From Octopus sinensis (Eukaryota), in NCBI RefSeq assembly GCF_006345805.1, contig NC_043005.1:7254001-7318000 (forward strand): 64,000 nucleotides of DNA. Direction: 5' to 3'. The translations under genes were made by a program, and so were the position numbers. The notes beneath the pieces were generated by a model that made no database searches, was not told the DNA's origin, and saw nothing but the letters and a program-made list of their open reading frames with translations. Every line of letters starts with the position of its first letter. The first letter of the stretch is position 1. Of this stretch, positions 26,471 to 39,700 are shown one piece after another.

Positions 26471-26970
26471 TATAAGGTCTCTAGTTTCTCTATGTGTATG
26501 ATTACTGAAAAATATTTTCTGTTCATTTATATTACTTTCTGTTGTATCTTTAACAGGTTAACATGATTGTTTAACCTAAGAGAAAAGTTGACTCAAAAAA
26601 AAAAAAAAAATCTCTAAAACCCTTTCAAAATATTCTTTAATAGATTACATAAACTTGCCATTAACTAGAGGTGAATTCCATTTGCACTTAATTAACTTAC
26701 AAAATATATTTATAAAATACTGAGTAAATAATCTCTATTAAATTGCCACTATGTACATATGTAACACTTTAACTATGAAATAAGATGAAAGTGGTAATCC
26801 GTTATACATGCTACTTTTTTTTATTATTTATAAGACAATTGACTGATAAATAAATATTCCAAATTAAATATGATTATATATATATACACAGTAACAAAAA
26901 GGTTAAATGAAGCACAGTAACTGCCTCACTGAGCTGTAGATTTTATAAGCAATTGTGTGTATGTGTGATG

Positions 26971-27011
<41 letters not shown>

Positions 27012-27264
27012 TAATAAAAAGGGTTCAGCAAAAGAATTGCCTCACCGCATACCGAAGTTCAGAAATAGCAGCCAAAATCTTAGCCATTTCTTCTACTTTA
27101 AAAAGGGTCTTCCAGAGAACCCAAAATACTTGAAGTTTAATCACACAGGCAGAGAGTAAAGCAAACGAAAATCAATCAATATCCGATCGTCCATAGATGC
27201 GCGTTTCTGAATTAGGTTTTTTCATAAAGAATATATAAAAATATATATATATATATATATATAT

Positions 27265-27620
27265 CCCAGCCACATGGTTCCGGGTTCAGTCCCACTGTGT
27301 GGCACCTTGGGCATGTGTCTTCTACTATAGCCTCCAGCCAACCAAAGCTTTGTGAGTGGATTTGATAGATGGAAACTGTAAGAAGCCCATAGTGTATACA
27401 TATGTGTGTTTCTTTTCATCTGTGCTTGTCTCCTAGTACCACTTGACAACCAGTGTTGGTGTGTTTACATCCTTGTAACTTAGTGTTTTGGCAAATGAGA
27501 CCAGTAGAATAAGTACCAGATTTAACAAATTAAGTACTGGAGTTGATTCATTCAACTAAAAATTCTTCAAAGTGATGCCCCAGCATGGCCACAGTCTAAT
27601 GGCTGAAACAGTAAAAGATG
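27265..27620 (+). mobile_element. SINE family 1
   Basis: ccacatggttccgggttcagtccc head through ctgaaaca-gtaaaagat tail. Confidence 0.85.
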
Positions 27621-27713
27621 CCCACACACACATACACGCACGCACACATACACACATTTATTTATAAAATCTACAGCTCAGTGAGGCAGTTACTGTGCTT
27701 CCTTTTCATTTAA

Positions 27714-28157
27714 CCCTTTTGTTACTGTATTTATTTCGAGATGCTCTGTGTTTCTTTTGAATACTTTAACCCTTTAGCATTTAAACCGGCCATATCTGGC
27801 TGAAATGTTCTACTTGTTTTATGTTCAAATTGGCCAGCTCCAACCTCTCGCACAGACCCTATAATATCATTCTTACAAATAAACGATTGCATCATCGAAA
27901 TCTTGAAGCTACATGAAAATGCATGTTTAATTCAAAACAATATAAGTTAATAAGCATTACAATTGACAGAATAATCTGAATGCCAAAGGGTTAAATAAAC
28001 AAAGAATTTAGTGAAATAACTTAGTTATCATTCAGCTAGTATTAGGAACATAAATTGTGGCTAAGGTTTGGTGGAAGATTTTAATTCAGAACTTATGAAA
28101 ACATGACATTCGTACTCAGAGCCAGAGCCGGTTTCAGCCGGGTTGGTAACAAAAGGG
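27714..28157 (-). mobile_element. MITE family A carrying a nested TTAA MITE
   Basis: Host begins after TTAA 27710-27713 and ends ggg at 28157 (followed by ttga). Confidence 0.85.
27770..27990 (+). mobile_element. 221-bp TTAA-flanked MITE, family B (piggyBac-like)
   Basis: TTAA at 27766-27769 and 27991-27994; termini ccctttagcatt...aatgccaaaggg. Confidence 0.88.
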
Positions 28158-28713
28158 TTGATGGAACTGCAGATTTAAGTCCAGCCAATTGCATTTTACT
28201 CTGATATGGAAACAAAATGTATATAGTACAGCACAGCTTGCTGAAATTTCTAAAAGCTTTACTTGCAGAGTAGTAGCAAAGCAGAATAATATTACAAGTA
28301 GAATATGTCTTTGATTTTACTCCATTGTTAAGGTTCTTTACGTTTTTTCACATAAAGATAAAAATCATAGGTAACAGCACTAAAGGTAGAAGTGATTGTA
28401 AGTCTATAACAAAACAAGGTTGTTTTAAAAGTTCTTGCCTTCAATACACCATCTCAAAAGTCAAATACTTTAGAAAAAATACAATTTGAAAAAAATTATT
28501 TCATCGTTCTCTATAAACTTCCAACAATCTTATAATTTTAAAAAATAATTTGGGAATTTTATCTATCATCTTCTATAGAATTTCTCACAAAAATTCTCAT
28601 TAAAAAAATTTAAGTCTGTAGAAATTGTGTAAACTGAAACTCTGCATTAAGAAAGTGTTTTCTTATTCATCTCACAATTTGCAAATTTCATTAAAACTGA
28701 TATGGCAAAAGTT

Positions 28714-28833
28714 TAGTGGCAGTACATGAGGTGTACAGGATGTGTGGACTGCACAGGGCAGCTAATTTTGTGTTTGCTGCTGTTAAAGGTATATGTGCAA
28801 GGAAAGGAGTGGCCAATCTACAGTATGCCACTG
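28714..28833. mobile_element. 120-bp old hAT-type MITE
   Basis: TIRs tagtggca.tac and gtatgccactg; perfect 8-bp TSD caaaagtt at 28706-28713 and 28834-28841. Confidence 0.8.
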
Positions 28834-30329
28834 CAAAAGTTTTCCTATTTTAAAACTGACCATCAAAAGAATGAATGATGAAAGAGTGAATTTTCTTTCA
28901 ACAATTTTTTTTAAATGTTTTTTTTTTTTGTTTCTTTGTTTTGCAATGCCAAGTAGCGTTAGATCAGTTTTGTTGATTGCTTCTTTTATCAGTGTTTGAC
29001 TTTGACATATTTGCTTTTCCTCTAATTTGGACAATGGTATTGCATTAAATGGTCGAAATAATTGACCACATTTGCTATTGCTGCTGTAAGGCAAAATGTC
29101 GTTGAGTAGATTAAACAAGAATGAATAGTGTAAGCATGATTAACAGACAAATGGAATAGGAAATACTGATGATTGATCTGCTATTCTTTATACTTAATTT
29201 AATGCAGTAGTCATCAGTTATTTGTAGCTTTTCATTTGTTTTCATTCTTTGCACTGACACTTTCTATTAGATTATATGTTAGCAGATGTGGTCATTACTT
29301 TGGAAGTTTGTAAATATTCTGATGTGATTGATTTAGATATTAATGTTGGTTCTTAGAAGGTAACAATGTATTTTTTTCTCCAAAACTTACTTGATTGTAG
29401 TATCCCTTGTGACTTATGTTAAAATACTCATTAGGCTTATTTATATTGTATTTATTTGATGCTATTCAGTTATTTGATGAATGAAACTAATTTTTCATTT
29501 TTCACAGTTGTGTTGTTAGATTTGAAATTATGAATTTTATCTTAAGTTATACCATATTTGATTTATTGTAGAAAGAAAATATATATTCAATTACACTAGA
29601 AAATACAGTTGACAGTCTTATTTTTCTTTCTCCATTTCACTATTTTAATTAGTGCAATTAAAAACCCAGTTGTTTATGATATTTTTCGATCTATCTTAAT
29701 ACATTACAATATTCACAAAGAAAGGACAGTAAAAGCCTTTTCTCTTGATGTTTTGTGAGAGCTTCTTTTTTAATTTAGCCACCATATTTACTTTAGGCAA
29801 TTAAGATCATCAATATTTACTCATTCAATTTAAAAGATGTTTTCCTACTAATGGTTATTATTAGCACTTGACTTTATTGAGTCACATTTTCAATGTGAGA
29901 AATAGTAAGTAATGAGTTTTGGGGATTTTTTTTTTTTTTTGCTCAGTTGTACTTCTTAAATTCTCAAAGTGGTGGCTTTGTTTCATAAATCTTTCACAAT
30001 AGACTTCCTTGGTTACTAATACTTGATTATTTCTAACTTCTTTCTCGAAAGTCAATGTACATGAATATGTATTGTTGTATATGCATTTTATAAATCATTA
30101 GTTATTGTCACCACTGTGACACTCTCTATCTCTGTTCACTATATTTTAACAAATTAAGTAAATCTTCTTGATAAGGCAAAATGGTAGATTTTGCATCTGA
30201 ATGAAGAAATAAATAAAAAAACAATTAAACATTTGTATAATATCTCTAAATGAGCAATATTTTAAATAAATTCAGGTTTTTGTTTTTTCTACGTTGCCTA
30301 TTACTTAGGGTTGGAGATCATGAATGCAT

Positions 30330-30710
30330 GCATCATCTCTCTCTGGCCATGGTTGCACATTCAGCCAGAGAGCTTCTGGTCTATACTTTGATGTTATCCA
30401 GCTCGATGACTTCTTGGTCACCCTATTCTTCATTTCAGTATGTGGGTGCTGAGGTTCCAGGCCCTGATGACCTGCCCAAAATACTGCAGTTTTCTCTTCC
30501 TTACAGTTGCCAAAAATTCTCTTCCTCGTCCCATTTCCTCAAGTTTGTTCCATATCCTCAAAGGACTTGTTTGATGGTCAGTCCTATTAATCCTCAATAC
30601 TCTTCAATAGGACCTTATTTCAAATGATTTAAGTCCGTCAGTGTTGTTTGCTCTTAGGGTCCAGCTTCCATATCCTCCCGATGCAACAGACCAAACTAGT
30701 GTCATCAGGA
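30330..30710 (-). mobile_element. RTE-clade LINE 3' remnant
   Basis: Minus strand: KSFEIRSY*RVLRI...VRKRKLQYFGQVIRAWNLSTHIL. Confidence 0.8.
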
Positions 30711-30744
30711 GCTTTAACTTTCTGATAACTCTGTCAAATGTAAT

Positions 30745-31151
30745 ACTCTTTTACTCTTTTACTTGTTTCAGTCATTTGACTGTGGCGATGCTGGAGCACC
30801 GCCTTTAATCGAGCAACTCGACCCCAGGACTTATTCTTTTGTAAGCCCAGTACTTATTCTATCGGTCTCTTTTGCCGAACCGCTAGGTAACGGGGACATA
30901 AACACACCAGCATCGGTTGTCAAGCGATGTTGGGGGTACAAACACAGACACACAAACATATACACATACACATACATATATATATACATATATACGACGG
31001 GTTTCTTTCAGTTTCCGTCTACCAAATCGACTCACAAGGCTTTGGTCGGCCCGAGGCTATAGTAGAAGACACTTGCCCAAGGTGCCACGCAGTGGTACTG
31101 AACCCGGGACCATGTGGTTGGTAAACAAGCTACTTACCACACAGCCACTCC
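30745..31151 (-). mobile_element. SINE family 1 inserted in a family-B MITE (about 30715-31345)
   Basis: Direct repeat tgtaat at 30739-30744 and 31152-31157; flanks rejoin into the reverse complement of 27770-27990. Confidence 0.85.
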
Positions 31152-31746
31152 TGTAATGCCTATTCATTCACATTGTTTTGAATTAAACATGCATTATCTT
31201 GCAGCTTTGAGATTTGGATGATGTAACTAGTTTTCGTTTTTTAGAATGGCATTGTAGGGTATGTGTGGGAGGCCAGATGTGGCTGATTTGAACATAATCT
31301 GGTAGAATATTTTGGCCAGATATGGCCAGTTTAAATGTTAAAGGGTTAGTTTGATGCTTTTGTTCAAAGCTTTGTGTTTCTAGATCGTATCAGGTGATTT
31401 TTTTTTTTATGCTGACCTTGCTGCGTATATCTCCTGATTGTTCTAAGTTGGCACGTAAATACTTAATCTTGGTGACCTGCATAATTCCAGAATTTGAATA
31501 TTTATAAAACTATTTAAAGACGTATTTTGATATGTGAACATACGAAATTTGATTTTTAAAATATATGACGAAATTTATTGTAATATGGCCTTTATCTAAT
31601 TCTATTTTGGAAGTTATATGCATACAGATACGTATATATAAATACATACATAAATATATGCACACACACATCTGCGTGTTTATCTTTGTATGTATATCTG
31701 TATATCTATGTGTTTGTACATATATATATACATATGTGTGTGTGTG

Positions 31747-31785
<39 letters not shown>

Positions 31786-31859
31786 TGTGCATATATATAT
31801 ATACTCTTTTACTCTTTTACCTGTTTCAGCCATCCGGCTGAGGCCATGCTGGGGCACCG

Positions 31860-32105
31860 CCCTTGTTGCTACCCTCTCTAAGTCCAGTTTGCCGTGGCTG
31901 GCCACTGATCTAAGAGAGAGTTTGTAGCTGCTGCCCTTAGGTTACCTTCGTACCTTGCAGTGGGTTCATCTGGGATCCCGGAAAGCAGCTTGTCTAGATG
32001 TTTTTTGAAAATGTCCACATCCGCATCATGTAGATCTCTTAGTTTTCTTGGCAGTTTGTTGAACAGCTGAGGGCCCCTGAACCCCAGGCTATTACAGTAT
32101 CTGCT
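31860..32105 (-). mobile_element. CR1-like LINE 3' end
   Basis: Minus strand: RYCNSLGFRGPQLFNKLPRKLRDLH...FKKHLDKLLSGIPDEP...RAAATNSLLDQ. Confidence 0.85.
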
Positions 32106-32109
32106 CCTA

Positions 32110-32195
32110 TATATATATATTCATACATATATATATATACACACACACAATATATGCGTGTGTATTTATATATATATGTACTTGCACACACATTC

Positions 32196-32278
<83 letters not shown>

Positions 32279-32302
32279 TGTGTGTGTGTGTGTATATATA
32301 TA

Positions 32303-32348
<46 letters not shown>

Positions 32349-32410
32349 GTGTGTGTGTGTGTGTGTATAAATATACGTATATGTATACAAAAGTATATGT
32401 ACACAGACAC
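32110..32410. repeat. Compound (TA)n/(TG)n microsatellite
   Basis: Alternating TA and TG tracts; source of several spurious ORFs. Confidence 0.95.
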
Positions 32411-32882
32411 ATATACACATATATCTTTTATGTTTTCAGTCCTTCAATTGCAGCCATGCTGAGGTTTCCTTAAGGAAGTTTTAGTCAAACAAATCAGCCC
32501 TAATACATTTTTTTATTTTTAGTCAGACATTTATTCTACCAGCGTTTTTTGATGCAACACCATCTTTGAGATGTAAACAAAGGAACTCCAGTTGTGAAGC
32601 AGTGGTGTGGGACAAACTTAAAGACACATACATATACATATATGTGTGTGTGTGTGTGTGTGTACACACATACACACACAACCTTACTCCCACTGTTCCC
32701 ATGTACCAAGTTCACTCACAAGGCATTGGTTGGTCGGAGGTTATAGTCAAAGACACTTGCCCAAGGTGCCTCAATACGGGGCTAAACCAATAACCACGTG
32801 ATTGCCCAGTGAGCTTCTTAACTGCAAAGCTATACCTGCACTTTTTATACATACACACACACACACTTGCATGCATACATAC

Positions 32883-32943
<61 letters not shown>

Positions 32944-32951
<8 letters not shown>

Positions 32952-33083
32952 AAATTTAGAGGACTGACCACTAAAAGTGGACAGCCTATATGCTAGATAT
33001 AGATGTCAAATCACCATTTAACGTCTATATCTAGCATATAGGCTGTCCACTTTTAGTGGTCAGTCCTCTAAATTTTGTATATA
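32944..33083. repeat. 140-bp near-perfect palindrome (possible TA-flanked MITE 32950-33077)
   Basis: 68-bp arms 32944-33011 and 33016-33083, two mismatches, loop CACC. Confidence 0.9.
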
Positions 33084-36039
33084 AAAAAAAATTTATCTTC
33101 AGATTTTTTTTTAAATATGCTAGGCCACTGATTTTAATTGATTAACATCAATTTCTACCCTTATTTAATTTTAAATATATATATATACATGTTTGTGTGC
33201 ACATAAACACACATGTGCATGCACACACTTACACACACATCTATATATATTCTAATATGAGCTGAAACCCACTCCTAGTATATCTAGTTTGCCTCAAAAC
33301 CTCTCTCATAGCCATCAATCGTAATCACATTTTCACTGACAAGTTATTATTAGGAAGGCCTTTCAACAATTTATCCATAAATAAATGAAATTGCAGTGTC
33401 AATTAGTGTATTCCACAGAGGAAAAAAAAATATGAAAAACCATATTTAAAAAATGTAATAGTATATCTGCTATTGTCATTGATGAGAAACCTTTTAATTT
33501 ACTACCCATTAGTTTTATTCCATTGCAAATCTTGACCCTAGATCATGTTAATGAAAAGTATATACTAATTTAAGATTATGATAAACTAACCTTTTAATCT
33601 AATGTATACTGTGTAATATAGATATCAGCTATTGATATTTTATTTATTTGTTTATTTCCTTTGAAATATTATCACCATGGAAAATTCATTGTTCTGATTG
33701 TTATTTAAAGACTAGTTATTATTGCACTGAAGTAAGATAATATCAAAACAGTAAATAGACATTCTATCTTAACTTATTTATGAATATTTCTCTACTTACC
33801 CATAAAGCAGAACGAAGAAAAATAAATATGTAAATTTTCATTCATTTAAATTCTTTGAAATCAGGTCTAAGTAACTATTTAAAAGTTCAACAAAACAACA
33901 TCAAATAATTACTTTCCATAATAACATGAACAAAGAAATCTATATAATATTTGTATTATTGACAAGTATATAAATAGATATGCTCTTCTTAATCACTAAA
34001 AACTTTTATTGCTATCTCTGTCAAGTTTTTCTTGACATATTTATTGCAAATCATCAGCCAAATCAAATCATATATAAAATTTGTAATGTACATCACAGTT
34101 GTCAGAAAGCTGGAAATGCTTAGAAATAATAATCTGCTTTGTAAATGATCAATACTTTCCTTGTTATAAAGCCAAGTAAAGTGAACCATTTCTAACAGCA
34201 TGCATTGGACAATGTTTTTATGTCAGTCTTGCTAAAGTGACATCTTATACATAGGCTTCTGCTTCTCAAGTAGCTATAAACTTACCTTGTCTCATATGGT
34301 AGCAGAGTAGCGGTAAACAATGAAGTTATTCTAGAAAGGGAGCTTTATTGAACCTTTACAAACATAACAACCACTTAACCTGTCAGTTGAACATAAGAAA
34401 CTTTCCAAAATATATTTGAAAATGCAAATGAATGAGAACGATAAAAAAAAAATAGATAAAAAGTAACTATCATATGAATTATGAAGAATCATATTGAAGA
34501 GTAACATATACATATACATTAAAGATGAAAATATAAGAAGTGTTGTGACGACTTGACTATTGTTGATTTTTTTCATACAAGATCTATGAAAGGAGAATTG
34601 TAAAAAAAGTTGTATAAAACTTTTAAGTAACTGATACAGATGAGGGTTTATGTATATTCTTGACAGCTTGCTGCCTTTACTTTTTGTTGTCATATACTTT
34701 TACATGCACACAGTTGTTTATATATGTGAATTCAATTAACTACTGCTATTATCTTAGTTTACTCACTTCATGCAGACAGGAGATGCCTATACATATTTAG
34801 CAATAGAATTAAAAATTCTTTACTGAATGTATATGTTGAATCACATCAAAAATATTTTCTTTCTAAAACTTCTAATAACGATGATAAGTTTATTCATATG
34901 TAAGAATTTAATTTCATACTTTTGAGGTCTTCAGTTTTAATTATCTTTTTCTCCTTTGTTTTCATGAATGTTAATTTAGAATTTGTATCCCACTACTGCA
35001 AAACTAAGTAGTATTATCTCATCTGTTTTCATATTTAATTTAAAATAAAATGTGCTCATACAGTTAGATATATTCATTTGCATTATGTCTATCAAGTTAC
35101 ATGAAGTGCAAAAACAAGACAAAAGGCATAAAGTAAATAACCAATTAGCATATACTGAAGCTGCAGTGGCAAAAGGCTATACTCCTGAAATCTTCAAAGC
35201 AGTGAAAAACAGCATTATATTTAAAACAACATCATCAATGATAAAAATAACCAAGAAACATCAGATCATGAAATGATAGAAAAGCTACAGGAAAAACACT
35301 TTCAATTTCAGTAAAATCTGACTGACCATGCCAACTCAATAACAGAGTAATGGTACCCTGCATAATTCAGAATGATAGGCTGGAGTTTATAAAACCTACC
35401 CCTAAGACATATACACTTTTTGGCTAAAAGATTTTGTCTTCAGAAACAATGAATTTGAAATAACAGATAATGTTAACATTCCAAATCACACACATGCTTC
35501 TCAGTTCTTGTTTCACAACCCTTGCAACAGTCGTTATTTGAGTCTTCATTAAATTGATATGTAAAGCTAGTAATGGTGTGATAGTACCCCTTTTGAATAA
35601 CACTTAAAGCCACTGGGAATAGCACAGAAATACTATTTTATTCTCTAATTGATTTTGGTTATTGGACTGTAGCCATACTGGAGTACTGACTTCAAGTGTT
35701 TTAGTAATTTAAAAAGTTTTTGTAAAGGACAGGTATCATTGACACACACATACACAAACAAACACACAGGGTTATGCATAGTTTTGTCTACATGATAGTG
35801 GATACTTGTTTAATGTTTTACATAGTAGGATCTGACCCAGAATAATATAACAAAGGAAACTTCTCAACCACACAATCATACACACACACAAGCACATGTA
35901 ATGTATTGAGGTAGTGTAACAGGCTACCAGATCAGTGTAAATAAACTGTCACAAGTGGTTGAGGAATACTTAAAAAACGACAGATGTTCAAAAGGAAAAT
36001 AGTTAAGAAAATCTGTGAAATTCTTTCAGGTGCATAGAA

Positions 36040-36780
36040 TGCTCCATGAAGGTAGTTCATGAATTGTTTTACTAAAGTGACCTAATTCACAATGGAGGGA
36101 GGTACTCAGAAAATTCAGATGCTAAATAGAAAAAGTTTAGAGAGCTATATATTACATCTGCTGATGACAAGGGTTTCACCTCTCCAAGTGAGGGATAGAT
36201 TGTAAATATGCCTGTGTTTGAAATGTTAGCAAAACATTGAATATTTAATGGAGATGAAAGGTGATAGCTGGAGAGAAATGAGGTCAGCATACTCTGCTCA
36301 GTGTATAGTGTTAGTATGAGTGAACAATGGTGCAAAAATGAGTAGAGACTAAAATTTGTTACAAGCGGAAGCTGATGTAGTATGCAAGAGTAGAGAATGT
36401 GCTGGTATGGACATGTTATGTGTATGGAGGATAATAGTTGGGTCAAGAAATGTCAGGATTTCTTAGTGGAAGGAAACTGCCACAAATTGAGGAAAACAAG
36501 TGAAAAATTAGAGAAGCTAATCTTAGGATGTTGAACCTCACAAAGGAGATGTGAAGTAACTGCAACATATAGCAAGATGCTATGCTGGAGAAGACTATCT
36601 AATCCATGCCAGCATGGAAAAATGGAAAATCACTTGTAAAATTATATAATGCAAATCTATATGCATGTGTGTCTTGCCATTGACATGGCAACCTTTGTGC
36701 CGCAAAATACATCCAGTAGACTCTGTAAGGTGGTTAGAGATAAGAAGGGCATCTAGCCATAGAAACCAAACCCAAAAAAA
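36040..36780 (+). mobile_element. Old RTE-clade LINE 3' remnant
   Basis: Decayed KFREL and CWYGHV(M) segments, plus aagggcatc.agc motif shared with (GAT)n-tailed elements. Confidence 0.65.
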
Positions 36781-39700
36781 CACATGAGTGCCGGTCTATA
36801 AGGGTAGTGACTCCCAAAAGAACTGACTTGACATATAATAACCCATCCAATCCATAAAATCGATGAAAGTGGACAACAATCTCATCATTAGATATTGATT
36901 ATATAAATACACACATCTGTCCAACCTGTGACAGTATGGAACATAAACATTAAATAGGTAAACACTGACACTGACTTCATAGTCTTACAAATGGTCAGGT
37001 AGTTTAACCGAGGCACAACTGACAAAACTTTGAAGTCATTATCAACTTTTCCCTTCTGAAAATAAATGTGAATCTCACATGTGTTGAATAATGCATCAGT
37101 TAATGTTTTTAACTATGCATGAAAACAATCATTACTATATTTGTGTGAATATGTATATATATGTAAGTTTGGTAGGACAAACAATAAATAGAACTCAAAA
37201 CATAAGTATATATAATTTTTATTTTTAATCATTAGAAGTTACAAACTGACTCAAGGGCCAGGAGTTTCATATATGGCACTTATGAAACTGACTTCAAATT
37301 TGGGAGACTACACTTGTATATGCAGGTACACTGTCCTGTCTCTTTGATACCACCTCATCTCTCTAATATCTCTATCATTCATCCCTCTGTCATAAATCCT
37401 TCTTATCACTTAACTCTCTCTTGTTTACTTTCACTGTACTATGCTGCCTTTCTGAATGTCTCCTCTTCATTGTACCATAATTCAAGTATATCTATAGATG
37501 TCACTAGACCTATTTGATTCATTCTCTTTGATCACTCTGTCTCTCTCTCACTGCTTCACACATACACATATGCACATCAAGCTCTTATTCAGTAATTACT
37601 AACCTGTGTTAGGTTGTGCATTCTTTTATGGGATAAGACTCGGTATTTACAGCTATCTGTTTATCTCACTTCCTGATGAGGAAAAAGTCTTTCTGACTTT
37701 TATGTTCACCACATTGGAAGGTGATTAAGTGGCTGGTTGTTTTCCTGGTGTTGATTCAGTTGCACCTCAGAGCTCTATAAAGCCTCTCTTCATTCCTAGA
37801 ACCACATCCAATATCCATCACCTTCCATGGCAAATACACAATAAATAAATATATCTCATTCCTCATTTCCTTTGTTGTTGATGTCTTATTCTTCTAGAAT
37901 GTAGGATAATGCTTTTTGTGCCCTTACACTGAATTTGCATTGTTTCCCTCTCTCTTTCAACTACATTGTTTCACAATATTTATAGTGCTGTCTGTTGTTT
38001 TTAGCCATAACTTCCTTTCCAGTGCTAGGGCTGTTACAAATGTCCTTCATTAACAGCATCAAATTAAACATTAACCAAAAGGGAAAATTGCAATTCACAG
38101 ATACATATTCAACCTTATGATATTCAATCCTTTAATGAAAGATCTCCAGAATGTTCATATTACTGCATTAACTTTGAATAAGCTAGCATTGTTTATTTGT
38201 ACTTTTCTTAAATTATTAAAAGACGAAAAATAATTTAGATAACTATAGATTTACTATTTTTTTTTTTTCTAATATAACAGTTTATTGTAGATATTTTACA
38301 TTAACTCTCATTAATGATTTGTTTTAAAGAATGAACATTAAGTATTAATCTTGAATTAAAACCAATAAAGTTAATGTTTTGAGTAGTTTTACAAATTCTC
38401 TTTAATTTTTAAACACTTTATTCAGTATCCTGAATTTTTCCAATTATAGTAGTCCTTATTCAATATCACTGTATCCATATTTTAATAACTTTTTTAAAGT
38501 TTATTTAGCCTGACTTTTCAAATCATATTTAAGTTGCCAATGAATATTTTATCTGGTTAAATTTTGGCTTTGAATTACCTTCAGAAAAATAAATTATTTA
38601 TTATCATTTTTTTTCTTTTTTTTTTTGTATTAAAAAAAAAACTATTGCAAGAAAACATTGTTCCTCCTAGATTTTATACAGATTACACTGTAAATTTTAT
38701 TGGTCATTCAATCCTGTCAAGAATATTTAGGCATTTGTTATTCTTTTTGCAATATACTATTTTTTCTCAGTTATTTACAATTTCTTTTTCTTTTTATAAG
38801 AGAAAAAGGGATATTTAGATTTGTTTTGCTTGTAAAGCAATAGGTAATAGGAATCGCATTTTATATGTGTTGATGATATGCAATTCAGGATTCATTCTTT
38901 ATAATTCTTTATCAAATTTTAGGAATTGTTTCAATCATATTTTTTTTTTATTGTTATTTGTAAAAACTGACATCAATTCATGAATCCTGTAAACATTGAG
39001 ATGAGATCTATGATTGGCTTAATGCTTAAGGAAAGCCATATTTTATAAATCATATCATTTTGATGCATACTGATAACTAAAAAATAAATCCAGGACTTAA
39101 ACATATTTTGTATCCATTGAAACTAAAAGCTATTACTCTATTTATGATGTTATCATTTCCTATCCATGTTGCTAAAGAAAAGCTGGATCACTATTATTCT
39201 CCTCTGCTGCTCAATTTCACTGTAAATGGCTAGAACTATTGCAATCATTTGATGTTGGAAAGTAAAAAAAAATTGGATTATTAATTTCATTATAATTTAA
39301 ATATTAGCTACATTATTGGAAGTAAATTATGTGAGATTTTATGCATTGATTCAACTGATAATATGTTACTGTAAGAAATATTTGCTGATTAGATGTCTGA
39401 TTAAATTCTCATGGATTCATCCAACTAGAAAGTATTCTTCAATGTTTGAACAATTATATGAGAAGTAGGAGCAGTCCTTGAGTATTTCTTAAATTTAAAA
39501 TCTTGAAATGTTTAGCTGATCATATCAATTTTTATATATATGAGTTTGACTCAGTTTAAGAAAAGAAAACATCTGCCTGATAAGAAATGACAAAAGAATT
39601 ACATCACAGGAAACAAAAATTAAGTGGAAACAGTGTCTTCATATCAAATTGTCAAAACTGTATGTAACTTATGGCTCTGCAGGATAATCTTTACATTAAT

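Noticed and set aside
32039-32473. Clusters of 60-130 aa ORFs rich in YI/CV/HT (also near 2209, 55400, 56525, 59589 and 61037)
   Set aside because: They are translations of TA/TG/CA microsatellites.
35300-35470. DFVFRNNEFE resembling Penelope RT
   Set aside because: A single short motif only.
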